From Octopus vulgaris (Eukaryota), in NCBI GenBank assembly GCA_951406725.2, contig OX597821.1, positions 106,950,001 to 107,014,000 of the forward strand: a DNA stretch of 64,000 bases, written 5' to 3'. Shown here piece by piece: positions 13,765-29,144 of this stretch. The notes under the pieces were generated by a model. The model was not told the origin of the DNA and made no database searches. It worked only from the letters and a program-made list of their open reading frames with translations. The position numbers were made by a program, and so were the translations under genes. Position 1 is the first letter of the stretch, and every line of letters starts with the position of its first letter.

Positions 13765-14255
13765 TTTAGTTTCAGCTCACAAGGTGTTGCCATGCTGGGG
13801 CACCAACATTTGGTGTTGCTACATGATTTTACTTCACGAATGCTTTTTAGCAAATGCCATCTGGTGCATGAGAGAGTTCGATGCAGCTGCGCTCATCTGC
13901 ACGTCCTGCCGAGAAGTTGGTTCATCTGGGACACCTGACAAGAAGAGATCCAGTTTCATTTTAAAGACATCTGCATCCACCCCATACATGTCTCTTAAGT
14001 TCTTCAGGAAGATATTGAAGAGCTGTGGGCCTCGGAAGCCCAGGCTATCACAGTATCTCGTCCTACATATTGAGGGCAAATTTGGAGTCCTTGGCACTAT
14101 GCAGTGGCGCCGAGTTCTGGCATTTGTGTAACTCTCGATGCCAAAGTTTGGGACAAGTCCTTCTAGGATCTACCAGATGTATATTATGGCATATCTTTCT
14201 CGCCTTCACTCTAAGGAATAGAGTCTCAATCTCTTGAGTCTTTCCCAATTGCTTA
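13765..14255 (-). mobile_element. LINE (CR1-group-like) 3' end
   Basis: RTRYCDSLGFRGPQLFNIFLKNLRDMYGVDADVFKMKLDLFLSGVPDEP, with a CCCCAGCATGG...GCTGAAACT tail; second copy at 43093-43520 (+). Confidence 0.75.
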
Positions 14256-15024
14256 TATGCTATATATATATATAAATGAACAAAAAAGTAAATAGAGGTG
14301 ATAAATTGTCTTGATGGGTGCTAGCTATAATGTAAGTAGAATATGTTTGTAAGCTGTATAGAAGCATAAAATGATTAGTGTAACTACATGAAGGTTTAAA
14401 TATTAAGCCAAGTGGTAGGAAAACACTACGATTGTATAGCTGTGTAATTATAATTAAGTAGAAATAAAAACAATGGGAGGTGGATAAGAATATGCGTAAT
14501 GGCTTAATATGGGAGTTATTAACCTCTGCACCTTCTTATCAAGTTAATAAAAAAATATTTTTAGGTTTAAGCGAAAAACCTTTGATTCTCTCTGTAAAGT
14601 TCCCACTACTTAATCATAGGTATGAGCGAAATAAACTTGTTTGCACATGGTAAAGTTTCTTTTCTATATATGGATAAATCCATAATTGGTTATTCTGATT
14701 CATTTTGCTACTATATCAAGACTAACTCGTATATCCGATCCGATCCTTTTCCAGGCTTCATATTGATTTTGAACCCTTCTTTTTGTTCCTCCACATTTGT
14801 ATTTACTTCTGCTCATTTATAATTACACAGCTATCCAATCATTGTATTTTCCTATCACTTTGCTCAATACTTAATCGTTTATGCATTTATACACATCATT
14901 TTAGACTTTCATACACATTATAAACATATTCTACTTACGTTATACCTTGTACCTATCTCATAGAATATTTTATTATCATTATCAATTTATTATTTTTATC
15001 ATATTTATATTATATATTTATTAT

Positions 15025-15127
<103 letters not shown>

Positions 15128-16191
15128 CTGGAGATACATCGGGGTGTAGAAGGCTGGTCTGAGATATTTTGAATAAATTTGTCTAATGAACATTTGAATT
15201 TTATGGGATCCGTTTCCGTTTGGACATATTTTGGTAAGGTATTAAAGGGAGCTGGACCGGTTGAGGTAAATTAATTGTTATGTAATGTTGCTATTGATAT
15301 TTCTGTTATTCTCATTCACTGGTTTCTCAACCCCTGTTATTATCTCTTCGTATCATTTGATAGTTATACTCATATTTTATCACCTTTATTTATTTATATC
15401 TCATATACACATATTTTTTACTTCTCTTTATTATTCGTGTATTGTATCATACTGTAAATATACTTCAGACTAACTTGTATATTTGTTTACCACATTTTCT
15501 GGCTCTATATCGATATATGGATATATCGATATATGAGATAATGATATATTGATATGTTGATATGGAATTCTTCATTTCTCTTATCCCAACCCACTGTTTA
15601 TATTTCTACTAATCCACAATTTTAAACCTTTGTATATATTATACCAAATTTTACTTACATTTCATATTAGTTACTTAATTTCATGTATTTTGCAACATTA
15701 CCTCTCTTTGTTTGAAATTCATCGCAGTGTACAATATAATATGGAATATAAACTGTATTTTTCTGCTTTTTAATTTGTTTATCAAAATCTTTTTTTATTT
15801 TTATTAATAAAAATTGCATATTTTAATAATAAATATTGCATGTTATCAAGTAAACCTTAACTCAATCAAATTTAATGTTAAGTTTCAAATTTATATAGTT
15901 ATATAAAAATTATCTTATGGTATTATCCTCTCCCCCGCCATCTTATTTTTCTCTCTAAAATAAATTTCTTCTCCAAGTATCGAAGCCAACCATAAGTTTA
16001 AAATCATCAGCTACAAGAACATCATCTCTGAGTGGCCTGAATTTGTAGTAGCCACTGAGCTTACCAGGGTGCGTTATTTCTGGAGGGCCGTTGGCAAACT
16101 TCTTTGAATGTGTATATGGAGTGAGATGCAGATTCTGGTACTGTTAAAGTGGTTAACGTTTTATAGGAATTGACATTTTATTTCCTCGCTG

Positions 16192-16252
<61 letters not shown>

Positions 16253-16938
16253 TGCATGTATGTATTTATTTATATATGTATGTTTACGTATACATGATTG
16301 AATATGTCACCTTGATCCAGGAATGATAGAAAAATACAATATCACTATTGAATTGCTACTTCAGGATTAAGCTTATAATAATGTTTTCCACTTAAGAGGA
16401 AGAACTCGATGTACAATAACTAAATTATATACAACATATCAAAAGCTAAATTGTTATGCCTCTCAATCTCCTTCTCTATCTCCCTCTATCTCCTCTCTCT
16501 CTCTCTCTCTCTCCATCTGTATATTTATATAAATATATATATACATTCATAAATGATGTTATATATATATATATATATGATATGAAATTCATTCTGTCTG
16601 TCTGTGTGTGAGTCTTCTAGGATCTCGGGCATCCTCCAGCCGATTGCACTCAAATTTGATACGTACATACCGACGGTATCAGGGCGTGTATAAACCATGA
16701 AGAAAATTACAATAATCGATACCACGTGAGAATGCGACCGATAAAGTGAATAAAATCGTTTTTTGGGGAATAGAAAAAAGTCTATCTTTATTTCTTCTTT
16801 TGCCGGTGTCTCAAATTTAGGTTAAATCAGTGTTTCTCAAAGGGGAGGCCATGGAATGGTCGGACAATTTGCTTTGAGAAAATTTGGTTCCAATGTATAA
16901 TACCTCAGCACAGTCCATTGGACGGGGGAGCTGTTGCT

Positions 16939-17600
<662 letters not shown>

Positions 17601-17602
<2 letters not shown>

Positions 17603-18567
17603 TCCTCCGAAAAGGAGAACCAAATTTCACCACGGCCGCTACTTCAAACAGACACTCACTCTGACGGAAATATGCCTTAGTAAAAAAGGGAAAAAAATTC
17701 TTTCGTGCAAATCTGACCCTGATACATACGATACAGCTAAGGGTCAGACCCGATTCTGATTGGTCAACAAGTTGATGACGTCTAGCTCTGCTAGAATGGA
17801 CAGGATACAAACAGGGGACAGTCATTAGTCAGAATATTGATGACGTCCTTTTCTGCTTGAATAGTCACCTAACAAGTACAGACAGGGGGCAGATCTAATG
17901 TAGCTATAAGTCGTGATTGGGCAGAATCTGGATGACATCCCGCTATGCTTGACTAACGAAGCGACTGGTCAAGACAGGAAACAAACAAGAGGGAGTTATA
18001 ATGCAGCGATTGGTCAAAATAATGATAACGTCCCGTTCCACTTGATTAAAGCCACCTAACGAAACGATTGGTCAAAACATTGATGACGTCACGCTACGCT
18101 AGATTGACCACCTAACAGGCATTATAAAACCAAGCATTTCACAAAAATTCACTAGAACCACCCAGCGAACTTCCACCATGGGTCATCACAATTGCTTAAG
18201 GTAAAAATGAATTCCTCGCTCTTTCGGAAACATCAATCTTCTGTATTGACCGCTTTCCACTACTTTGATCGGTTTTTTGTATTGAATACGTATCGCCACC
18301 GTGGGCCACTGCATCGAACACTTTGAACATATACTTCAAACTATATATCAACTATACATGACCTATATATCAACTATACATGAACTCTAAGATGTCTGAC
18401 TCCGTTGTGTATTATAAATGAATTTCTTGTGTTTGACGGCATGAGATGTCTCTTTTTTTATATAACTTTTTTTGATAAGGTTCATTTCAGGAACTGAAAC
18501 ATGTTATAATGTATATATAAAAATTAAAAATTGTATAATACAGCAGCATTTTCGAACTTCATTTTTT

Positions 18568-18611
<44 letters not shown>

Positions 18612-18613
18612 TG

Positions 18614-18683
<70 letters not shown>

Positions 18684-19135
18684 TGAAATTTGGTTCTCCT
18701 TTTCGGAGGACTTATCTTTTGTTTTAGTATTCCTGGCCCAGGGTGTTTAAACTTGGTCTAAATTTTTTTATGAAATATAGTTCTTTATTTTGGCGTTGTG
18801 TGAAGGTTGCGTTGTCACTGAATTTATAGAGCGGGTTAGTTGTAAATTTCGGATTTACATTTCCAGCACATCTATCTATGTGTCCGCTGACCGGTATTTT
18901 GCGGTAATCAGGGTTTCTAATTTGTGATTTATGCACCGCCATCCTGTTACGTAAGCTATTTTTTGTATGGCATATATACTGCCTATTGCAGCCTGCGCAT
19001 GTTATGACGTAAATTAAGTTTTCTGATGCGCAGGTGAAGTTTGTTCTAATGGTGAACTGGTGGCCTTGTTCCAGTATAACTTCTGATCCTTCTTTCAAGA
19101 TGACACAGATTCCGCAGTTGGGCCTTCCACATTTT
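17601..19135 (-). mobile_element. Penelope-like retroelement: GIY-YIG endonuclease fragment plus an inverted terminal copy (pLTR-like)
   Basis: ORF 18724-19098 reads FTCASENLIYVITCAGCNRQYICHTKNSLRNRMAVHKSQIR. 17601-17632 is the exact reverse complement of 18681-18712. Confidence 0.8.
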
Positions 19136-19157
19136 CTATATATTTATATATATGGTG

Positions 19158-19220
<63 letters not shown>

Positions 19221-21177
19221 CAGTTTGGAACTTCTTTAGGCTAACGTTATAAGAAACATTCTCTTCTGTTTGGAATGTATTGAACTCAAAAGAAGATATT
19301 GTTTTAAGCCTAAGCTTCATCATAAATATCTCTCTTTAGTCGTTGACTTCGCTGATGAATTTTACTAAAAATGAATTGTGTCCTGCTATATACCATAGTG
19401 AACATTTTTTCTAACATATAGTGGAGTGTTTTGAATTCTTTTAATTTCTCCACGCTTTCATTTCATTGAATGACTCTGTCGTCGATGTATGTTTCCAGTT
19501 TTATAGTATATATTTGAAGAAAATATTTCTGAATATACGTAGTCATATTTGTAATTCATAATCTTTACTTACCCCATAAGTAACTTCTCAATAATTCAAA
19601 TTTCCATTTTTAAATATGATACTTGAAACTATTTTTGGCCATGGTTTCAACAGAAAAAAGTAATTCATATTTACAGCTGCATTTTCTTCAGATGGTACGG
19701 CTTCTGCGATGAAATTACAACGTATCGCTATAGAAACAAATTCCATCACCAAATATCAATCATGCTTGTCTATCGATTGCTAAACCAACCACAATCTTTG
19801 TTTTAGTTGCCATAAACATGCTGAAATCATCGGTAAATTTGCCACATCTACTGGTAGTGGTAAATTGCTTGACATTACACAACCGATTGACTTACCAACA
19901 TTCCAACTGATGCGGCTACCGGCTGCCACACTTGTCACTGCAACTAGCGACGGCCACTCAGGCTGCTATTGTTGCGAAAACCACCACGACCAGGTAACAT
20001 AGAAAAGTAAACAAAACAACGGCAGCATGTGAATTTCGTAAAACAAAAAGTGAGATTGAAGAACTAATATCATGGAACATTGATGAAATACAATTTATTC
20101 ATTTTTTTGTTAAAATTTCATCATGACTAAATCGTCATTCTACAGCAACCGAAACCGTTAGGATAACTTCTTACTTTTATTCAAGACAGTGCTCAGCCAC
20201 TTGCACGTTAATTTCACGAGCAGGCTGTTCCGTTGATCGGTTCAACTGGAACCCTCGTCGTCGAAACCGACGGAGTGCCATGATTATAGCAACATATAAT
20301 AATAATATACAAGCAAATGCTCCGCTCGAGACGTTGATTACTCCTTCTTTCTTTCCTTTCCTGAGCGTCCATGAACACTATAATTGTTCCACGTCCTCGC
20401 GTTGTTGTGTTTTCTGTTTGTTCATGTTTGGATTAACCATATAATTAAGTATCTGGGTCTTACCACTCACGTTACCCATACATGCAATCATAGTTTGTTA
20501 TCTGAGATTGAACTAACTGAGATAACCTATATCTGCTAATTTCATCCTTGCTGCATAAAATGACATATGCATCACTTAGAAATAAAAGGAATCTTTGCCT
20601 TGAAATATTTGTTTTCACTTTGATGCACATACATATTGTAAAGTAAATTAAAACTGAACTCAGTAAGTCGTTTCATTATGATATTTTATTTCTAGAATAT
20701 ACGAAAGATTAAGTTTGGAAATGCAAGGTTGAGCATTTATAATGTATTTTCTGTAATATATTGCTGTTATTTATTTATGTAAGTGAGAAAAAGTGACAAG
20801 TAGAACATGTGCAGATGTGGTAGCAGGAAAATTACAATAGAGACTGAAAAATCATTGTGTGAATATATATATTTTTATACAATTTTACTTAAAAGATGCC
20901 GGACAGTTATAAATAATCGGCTGAAAAATCAATGGCTGCCTGACTGATAATAAAGAGTATAGAATCATCCTAAGGTTTCACCTGGTAGAAGGCGTTCGAT
21001 CTCGCTTCAGCATTACCCATCTTTACCTTTTAAGAAAAAATAATCTTGCTTGAGAAAGTGCAGATGTGCCCAGGTTCCAAAGGTATTTAATGGTGAAATA
21101 GTGAGGTAGTGCTGCAAAAGGCTTCTTCGTACTGAATTTACTTACAATCGAAAATGCATAATAAAATGAGATATCGT

Positions 21178-21234
21178 TTATAATGGCTTTGTCTGAATTA
21201 CCACAAGTATGTAAGTAATGAAACTTCCAATCAT
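21178..21234 (-). CDS. GRL constant exon 4 (TM7b, terminal), copy 2
   Basis: ttttcag|MIGSFITYILVVIQTKPL* with TAA at 21180-21178. Only synonymous differences from copy 1 over the shared 16 codons. Confidence 0.88.
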   Translation of the reverse strand: MIGSFITYILVVIQTKPL

Positions 21235-22476
21235 CTGAAAAACAGAAAAGAGACGTTATATATGTGCTATTTTCAGTGAATGAAGAGAATTATACGGATT
21301 GAAGGTCATTATTTACTACTTATACTAGAAAAGTAAACTGGTTGTTTCAGTTAAGCAAACGCAAGTTAATTATTTAATTAAGTTTTATGGTTGAGTAAGG
21401 TGTGCGACTGAACCTCGAATCGAAATGTTAAGCAGGCAGATTGTGCTCTGTGCAGTATGACCGACAGAATGTCAAGACTGGTAACGTTTGAACTCAAAAG
21501 ATAAACGGTTGTAGCAGAATATTGCAAACGTTTTATAAAATCAGGAAGTATAAAACGCATTTCATTGCAAAGTTTTTTTTTTAAGAAGCTATATCTCTGC
21601 CCCAAAAAGTAACAAAGCATATAACAAATACATTCTCCTTTGCAATATTTTCCTTTCGATTTATTTGAAATTCAATTCTTTAATTGTATTATATACTCTT
21701 TTCATTTTTATTATTCGCGTTTTATTTCTTATTTATCGCTGTGTTTGAAGTTGTATTCACGATCTTTCATGAGTCACAAATAAAACAAATACATTTTGAA
21801 CTTAAAATAGCTAATGAAAATGTTGATGTATTTCAGCAAGGGTTTCAGTGGGATGTCTTGAAAATTGCGTAAGCGGTGGCTTTCAGAAGCTGGCCCAGCT
21901 ACAATGGGTCTTAAGGTTAAGTCCTCTGGCGTTTGGATAGACGAGTATGACCCTGAGAAAAATATCCACTATACATAAAGAGCAAATCCGTTTCCCGCAA
22001 TACAGGAATATTCCTCTCAGTCAACATCTACAAAAATATGCAGATAACACCAAGCCAAATTTCGAATTCTTCCCCTTCTGCAAGTGCAAAGACACAATCT
22101 CTCCAAAAGAACGTTTAAATAAACAACCTTTTTTATTGAAAAATACAGAACATGTCTTAATATGCACGTATAACCAACGTTTATCTTTTTAAATATTTCA
22201 ATTCTGTACATAAATCCCCTCACTTAACAAATATTTCGAAACCCCTTTTTTTTGTCTGTATAATAACGGTAACTAAATACCTCCCCATATCTTTTCTACT
22301 TGTGAAGTAATTCACTCGGAAATATCATTACACATAACACGGGCAAAATTTCGTCTTAAGAAAATACATATTCAAATAAGTAAACCACAATATCATGAAT
22401 AGCGTAAGCGAACTGTTGATATATTAAAAATTATATTAAAACTATGTAAAGTGTGTGTATTTTCCTTATTTAATTT

Positions 22477-22547
<71 letters not shown>

Positions 22548-22965
22548 ACTATGACACTGTAGCAATTATAGAAGTTGCGTAGCGGTTTACTTGGTAATTT
22601 TAATAATTATAATAGGTTTGAACATATTTGTCATCATAACAATCCGCTTTCCAGAAAATGTTCTATTATTTTCTGGCTACGATTTGAGTGGATAAAATGT
22701 CTGCTTTGGGGTGAACAGCGTAAATCACATCAAAACATCTCGTACATATATATATATGCAAATGATTCCTTTCAGTTTCTGTCTATCGAAATTGCTCATT
22801 GAGTTCTTTGGTTGACCTGAGGCTAGAGTTGAAAATCTTTGCACTAGGTGTCACGCAGTGAGTCTGAAGCTTAAGTTATACAGTCGAGAAGCAGAACTCA
22901 GGATCATGCCTGCGACTTTGTATGACAAAATATGTAAAATATGCACTAAATACTGTAATATTTAC

Positions 22966-23055
22966 CGTAAGTGTTGACGAAGGAGTTATTACGAAACAGC
23001 CACCAACATCAATTCCATGAGATTCAGTCGTTAGTCGATTTAGGAAAACTAATAT
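22966..23055 (-). CDS. GRL constant exon 3, copy 2
   Basis: 90 nt, AG/GT bounded, encoding ILVFLNRLTTESHGIDVGGCFVITPSSTLT; identical in nucleotide sequence to 2168-2257. Confidence 0.88.
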
Positions 23056-23963
23056 CTGTAATACATAAGAAGACAAAAAATCATAAACAGAGACGGTAGA
23101 ACAAGAAATCCCACCAACTTTTCTCATATATTTGATGTCCGTGGACACATCGTCATATGATTCAGAAAAGGATGGGATTAAAACAAATGCACATTTAAGG
23201 ACTTGATGATGAATTCCTATTTGTATTGATGGAAATGCAACGATGATTATTCGCATGGTTATATATAAAACCAGAAAAGAACCTAAAGGAAAATATAATA
23301 GCGATACCAATAAGGATGGGACAACTGGCATCAACGAGTTAATAATTGATGTGAGGAAGATCAGAAGATTTTAGATGAGTTGCAGGAAGTAATGAATAAA
23401 TAGGGAAGAAAAACATTGCCATCTTTAAAATGCACCAACATCTTTAAATGATTGTTCCGGAGCATATTCACCATCTACTTCAATTACTACTTCCCATTTG
23501 GTCTGCAGGCGTCAGACTGTCATTTAAAGATGTGTTTCTTAAATATTGTTTTTGTTTTTGTTGAATAAATTTTGTTGGAAAAACATTTGCAATAATAACG
23601 CACCAATCCAATATATATGTGGAGGCGAGTGGCCTAGTGGTTAGAGTGTCAGCATGAAGATCGTAAGATTGTGGTTTCGATTCCTGGACCGGGCGACGCG
23701 TTGTATTCTTGAGCAAAACACTTCATTTCACGTTGCTCCAGTCCACTCAGCTGGCAAAAAGTGGTAAGGCTGCGATAGACTGGCGTCCTGTCCAACAGGG
23801 GAACACATATGCCATAGAAACCGAGAAAATAGACCCATGAGCCTGGCTAGTCTTTAAAAAGGGCGCATTTATTTATTTTTATATATATACATACATAATG
23901 GGCTGATGAATAACTTAAAATTGTAGTTAGATAAGAGAAAAATCAAGCATAAAATTTATTTAC

Positions 23964-24032
23964 CTTCGCAACAACCTCCTGGTCGACGCCCTGAAACTGC
24001 ATATAATGAATACTTTGTGTAATGCTGTGAAC
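23964..24032 (-). CDS. GRL constant exon 2, copy 2
   Basis: 69 nt, ttcgcatccag|VHSITQSIHYMQFQGVDQEVVAK|gtaaat, phase 0/0. It joins LN.S of the first exon to ILVFLNRL in frame. Confidence 0.82.
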
Positions 24033-24339
24033 CTGGATGCGAAAAAGAAAATAATAATGATAATAATAATCATATGTAAAGGAGCAGATATAAGCATTGC
24101 CAATATCCCAAACGAATACCCTAGTCTTCCTCAAAAGCACAAGCAGCTGTGGGGTTATGATCTCTACGATTTCCCAATCAAAGGAGATCAGATGCTTGAG
24201 CACAACAGGCCAGAGATACAGATCGTCAAGACGATATACCACATATGCTATATAGTTGATGTTGCATGCCCCTTTGATCAACGAATAGTCGAAAAGGAGA
24301 GCGAAAATTTAAAATTTAAAAGAAGAAGGAACAAAAAAT

Positions 24340-24349
24340 AATAATAATC

Positions 24350-24439
<90 letters not shown>

Positions 24440-24994
24440 GCCCTGATGCAGTACCAGACAGTGGTTCTCATGGTTTCTGATCTTAACTGATTGGAAGTTT
24501 TATCTTGTACATTGTTTTTTCTTGGTACAAAAGTTGGACTGCAGCAAATATTCTGCTCAATACCACAGATTTGCTTGTCAGTTGTTAGACCTTAACCAGT
24601 TGAGCATGGTCCTTAGAGGCTGACGATATGTGCATCTCTGATCACGAGAAGAAGTAGTGGGGAGCATCATAGCCGTATGTTGAAAGGAATTCTTTAGGGT
24701 TTGAATAATTCACCACTGGAAACATCATTAAACAACCCGTATTCAGGGACATTTTGAGCGGGATGGGTAACTCGACCTGAATAAAATTCTAACTGGGTCC
24801 CACCTGTAAGGTCATGTGCTGTTTATTTTGATATGAGATCACCATGTCGGGCACATATGGTTGTGATGCATGTGCCTCGTGTACCATTATCAGGCGGGTA
24901 GTAATGATGGGTATACTGGGCTTCGTATATTTTACCCCAGTGTCACTTTGATGGCATGTACAACTCTCTCACTAAATAATAATAATATTATTAT

Positions 24995-25069
<75 letters not shown>

Positions 25070-25105
25070 TATAATAATAATAATAATGATAATAATAATA
25101 ATGAT
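24340..25105. repeat. (AAT)n microsatellites flanking a ~540-bp insert
   Basis: Long AAT runs at ~24340-24437 and ~24976-25103. Confidence 0.8.
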
Positions 25106-25679
25106 TTCATAGTTTGTCACAAGGCCGGCAATTCCGGTGGTGTTTGTAAGTTGTTTACATCGACCCCAGTGCTCGACTGGTACTTATGTTATAGACCTCG
25201 TAAGAATGAATAGCAAAGTTGACCTCGTTGGTACCAGAACGCAGAACGTAAAAACAGAGGTAATTTAAATGTTGAAGTGAATCTAATGGTTTTGTGTATT
25301 TCTTAAATATCTTATAAACACCTTCCACGACGCAATTGTATATATATATATAAATTAGATTCACCTCAACATTTAAATTTATTTTCCCAAATTTATATTT
25401 GTTGCGGTCTCCAAGCGACGAAAATATACTGGCAAATGAAATTTAAATGTTGAAATAAATCTAATGGTTTTGTGTTTCTTAAATGGCTTCTAAACTCCTT
25501 CCACGCTGCAACTGCTTTCGTTCCAGCACACCATCTCAGATATATATATCTATAATACTGGGTAAAATAAATAAATTAATCAATCAATTGATTAATAATT
25601 AATAATTTTACCAAGTAGTCAGTAAGTTAAAATGACCTTTTTATGTGAATTACACAAAATATTTTATAATTATATATGT

Positions 25680-26190
25680 AATTACAATTAGGGGTCAGCG
25701 TATTGCTTTGCCACGTACCGAATTAGAAATGGACGCACTTATCTTTACAACTACCATAAATATCTCCGAGACAGAAACACACTTTTTACTCCCTGATCGA
25801 ATCTACAGTTTTCTGCGGGAGTGTTCGTAACACACACGTGGGTATAATGGATAAATATGTATTCACATTCGGCTGTATATTTTTGTGAGTGCGGTTGAAT
25901 ATTAGTTATGCGATGACGCTTGATCGCGTACATATCGAATCCTAACAAACGCAAATATATCCCTCGAATTAACACATTGAGGAGTAAATTAGGTAACTAT
26001 AATTTACTTTAATTTCGAAACACGTCTGTGGTTAATCGAAGTCGTGTAAATTCATCATTTTTTTTTTTTTTTTTGCTTACAAAAAATGTGTGTTACTGTC
26101 TCGGAGATATATATGGTAACTGAAAAGACATTAGCGTCCATTTCTAATTCGATACGTGCGGAGCAATTAGCGGAGCCCTGATTATAATTA
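25680..26190. mobile_element. MITE-like element with ~110-bp imperfect terminal inverted repeats
   Basis: CGAATTAGAAATGGACGC...TACCATAAATATCTCCGAGACAG versus CTGTCTCGGAGATATATATGGTA...GCGTCCATTTCTAATTCG. Confidence 0.7.
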
Positions 26191-26211
26191 TGTGTATAGT
26201 GTAGAACATTT

Positions 26212-26248
<37 letters not shown>

Positions 26249-26779
26249 ATGGCTGTGTGTGTAAATATATATATGTGTGTGTGCGTGTAAGTTATGTGTG
26301 TGTATGGTTCTCCCTTTGGGATTAAGACTCAATGTGTAAATCACTAAAACGAATGCCACCTGCCATTTATTTAGTCCGCCAGTATCTCTACTATTCCAAC
26401 AGCATAAATAATTGCTCCCTATCAAACGGGCAAATTTGATGTCTATATTGATGTCATTGAAGAAATCGAACACTGGTACACGAAGCATATTGCCTCAATG
26501 TAAGAGATCCGTTAGTGAGATACGACTTTGCTCCATAGAGCAAAGAGAAAATTATGCGATTCTATATTTCTGATAGATTCTGAAGCGTTGGTACTAAAAG
26601 TTATTTTAATACCTGAACGGATCACCACTGTATAGAGGCCAACATAAGATCGAAAGCTAGATACCACAATAGCTTTGTGATTAAATATCCTACCGAAATT
26701 CCTAATAGATATACATGAATGAATGTAGATCGTGTCATAATATAAAGTGATGCCATCGGACAGGAAGGATGCGACGTAG

Positions 26780-27190
26780 ACAGAGGTTATCGAAGGATTC
26801 TAGTCGCTTAATATCTTACACCCTCATCGGCCATTACTCGCTGCCGTAAAGGAAAATCGTTCGCACTAGTGCTTGGTAGAATTCATCTACAAGTGCTTGG
26901 AGAATTTATTTACGAAGCAATTCCCCCAGCTCCCCTTCAGGGTTGGCAAAACGATGTGGTGGACAGCGAAAAACCTGGCTTCTGTCAGTCAAGGCTGATC
27001 TGGAACAAGACCTAGGCCCCCATATCTTCGACGTTCGCTGATGGAATAAGGAGTGGTTGGAGAACAGGCGGTCGTTAGCCTCAAATCACCAGGTCTGCTC
27101 GGCGTTTGTGCAAGCTGCAGCATTGAGGATGAATGAAGTCAGCTCAACCCACCCCGGAAGAATGCTGTCTAAAGACAAGACAAGACATAA
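26780..27190 (+). mobile_element. Probable RTE-type LINE 3' end with (AAGAC)n tail
   Basis: GC-richer tract ending aaagacaagacaagaca; coding remnants are weak. Confidence 0.35.
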
Positions 27191-27444
27191 TATAAACCGA
27201 CCATCTACCAACTACAAGTTAAGACGATCCTAATTTGCGGAATGTAAGAAAACCGAGGGTACGAAATTTGGATTCCATCATTCACCAAGTACCGATGAAA
27301 GAAAATGGATCAGCGATAGTGCAGCTATATCAAATTCGGGGCTCGAGCATGACTACAACCTACACACTGAAAGAAGTAAGCGATGAAACATAAAAAGATA
27401 AAATTAAGATTTGATATTATGAAGTTATCGTAAAAGATACTCAC

Positions 27445-28396
27445 TGATTTATTCAAATGAACTCCACACCAGAACAACAGTATCAAATATATGAAGCACC
27501 CTATCATCACCATTGCTAAATATAGGTGTTGGCTGATTTCAATACTTGGTGAGTCATTTATAATCACGTAAGTTGCAACGCAACTGCAAAGAATGGAAGA
27601 AAGTACGATAAATCCTGATGTTAGTTGTAAAGATTCATTTACAAATTTCAATTTCCTACTCATAATATTATGAGCGTCACATATTTCTGTGATATCTTTG
27701 TGCTTCTTGATGAAATTTGAATGGTCGGATTGCTTCTCCGTTACAAATCGTTCAGCCTCGTTTGCCAACTTGTTGAACTCATAGCTGAGTGTAAATCCGA
27801 TTAACAAGTCTACGTATAGATCAACTATCAAACAGACAGCGGAAATGCAATTAAATGTAGCTTGTATTGTTAAAAAGGAAAATTTGAAGATATTGTTTGA
27901 TATCGGATATGTAAAATATTCATACAAGTCTTTACTAAAGCATGGCAACACGAAATCTATAAATATGTTAGAAGAGATCGTAACGCATATAAATGCATAA
28001 AATACCGTAAATGAATATAAAAGAATTAACTTGCGGCATTTTCTACCTTCATTTTCAAGTTTGATTTCGGCAAATTCTTCAGTCAGAAGCTTGAATTTAG
28101 ATAGGTTGAAGATTTTCAACAAAGTAAAGATATAAATACAAACTCTGAAAATGAATATGTAACTGTACACAAACAGTTCATTAGTATTACTTTTTTTTAT
28201 ATTGTGCTAAAGTAACAATGTGACGAATAGGGTTTATAATCACATACGTACAGAACAGAATATAAAATGCTTGCAAATAAACTGTTTTAGATTTTGGTGA
28301 TTTCAATGATGAAACAGTCATACTCGATTGGCTAAAGTGATCAAATTTCTGATATAATTCCAGCAGTTTAAACATCTGAGTTTCTTTCACTTGCAT
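27445..28396 (-). pseudogene. GRL variable first exon B, with a +1 frameshift in an 8-nt homopolymer (28191-28198)
   Basis: MQVKETQMFKLLELYQK... joins ORF 27325..28170 into 317 codons if one base is removed. Ends WCGVHLNKS|gtgagt. Confidence 0.8.
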
Positions 28397-28478
28397 AATT
28401 CTTCAAATTTTATCTCCTTCAAAGTTTGTTTATGAAAAAGAAGACTTTTTAAGTAGTTCTTGATAGGTGCGATGCAGC

Positions 28479-28484
28479 TTTATA
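28479..28484 (-). promoter_or_regulatory. Putative TATA box of variable exon B
   Basis: AATATAAAGCTGC lies ~83 bp upstream of the ATG, with CCAAT/ATTGG pentamers just upstream. Confidence 0.4.
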
Positions 28485-28932
28485 TTTCCTTGTGAACTTA
28501 TTTGCCAATCAACGCGTCTATTAAAGATTGGGCAGTATAACTTAATTTACTAGGAACAACGAATCAGTAGCAAGGAGAGAGATAGAGTTTTTACTAATTT
28601 CTTCCATATATTTTGTCAATATCAAGTTCAAATAATGTATGATGGTCTAACTCTAATTAATACTAGTGTTGACTCTGTCAGAGAAATCGAACTAGAAATG
28701 CTTATAAAATCCGTATAGAGAACATTGCTTGATTTCAATTATCCTATAACGAATCAACACTGATTAATTAATTGATATGGTGCTTTTGTATTAAGAGAAT
28801 GCATTTGATTTATTTTCTTTCACATATCAAGCATATATATTAATTCAAAATATATTATGAACCTCTCTCTCTCTCTCTCTTTCTTTGTGTGTATGCATAT
28901 AAATACATATATACATATATATATATATCCAT

Positions 28933-28988
<56 letters not shown>

Positions 28989-29034
28989 CTATATCCAGCA
29001 ATATATCGAACTGTCTATCTACATCTCTAAGTCA

Positions 29035-29144
<110 letters not shown>

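Noticed and set aside
17750-18120. CRISPR-like repeat-spacer array
   Set aside because: Units are degenerate with irregular spacing, the context is a eukaryotic TE, and there are no cas genes.
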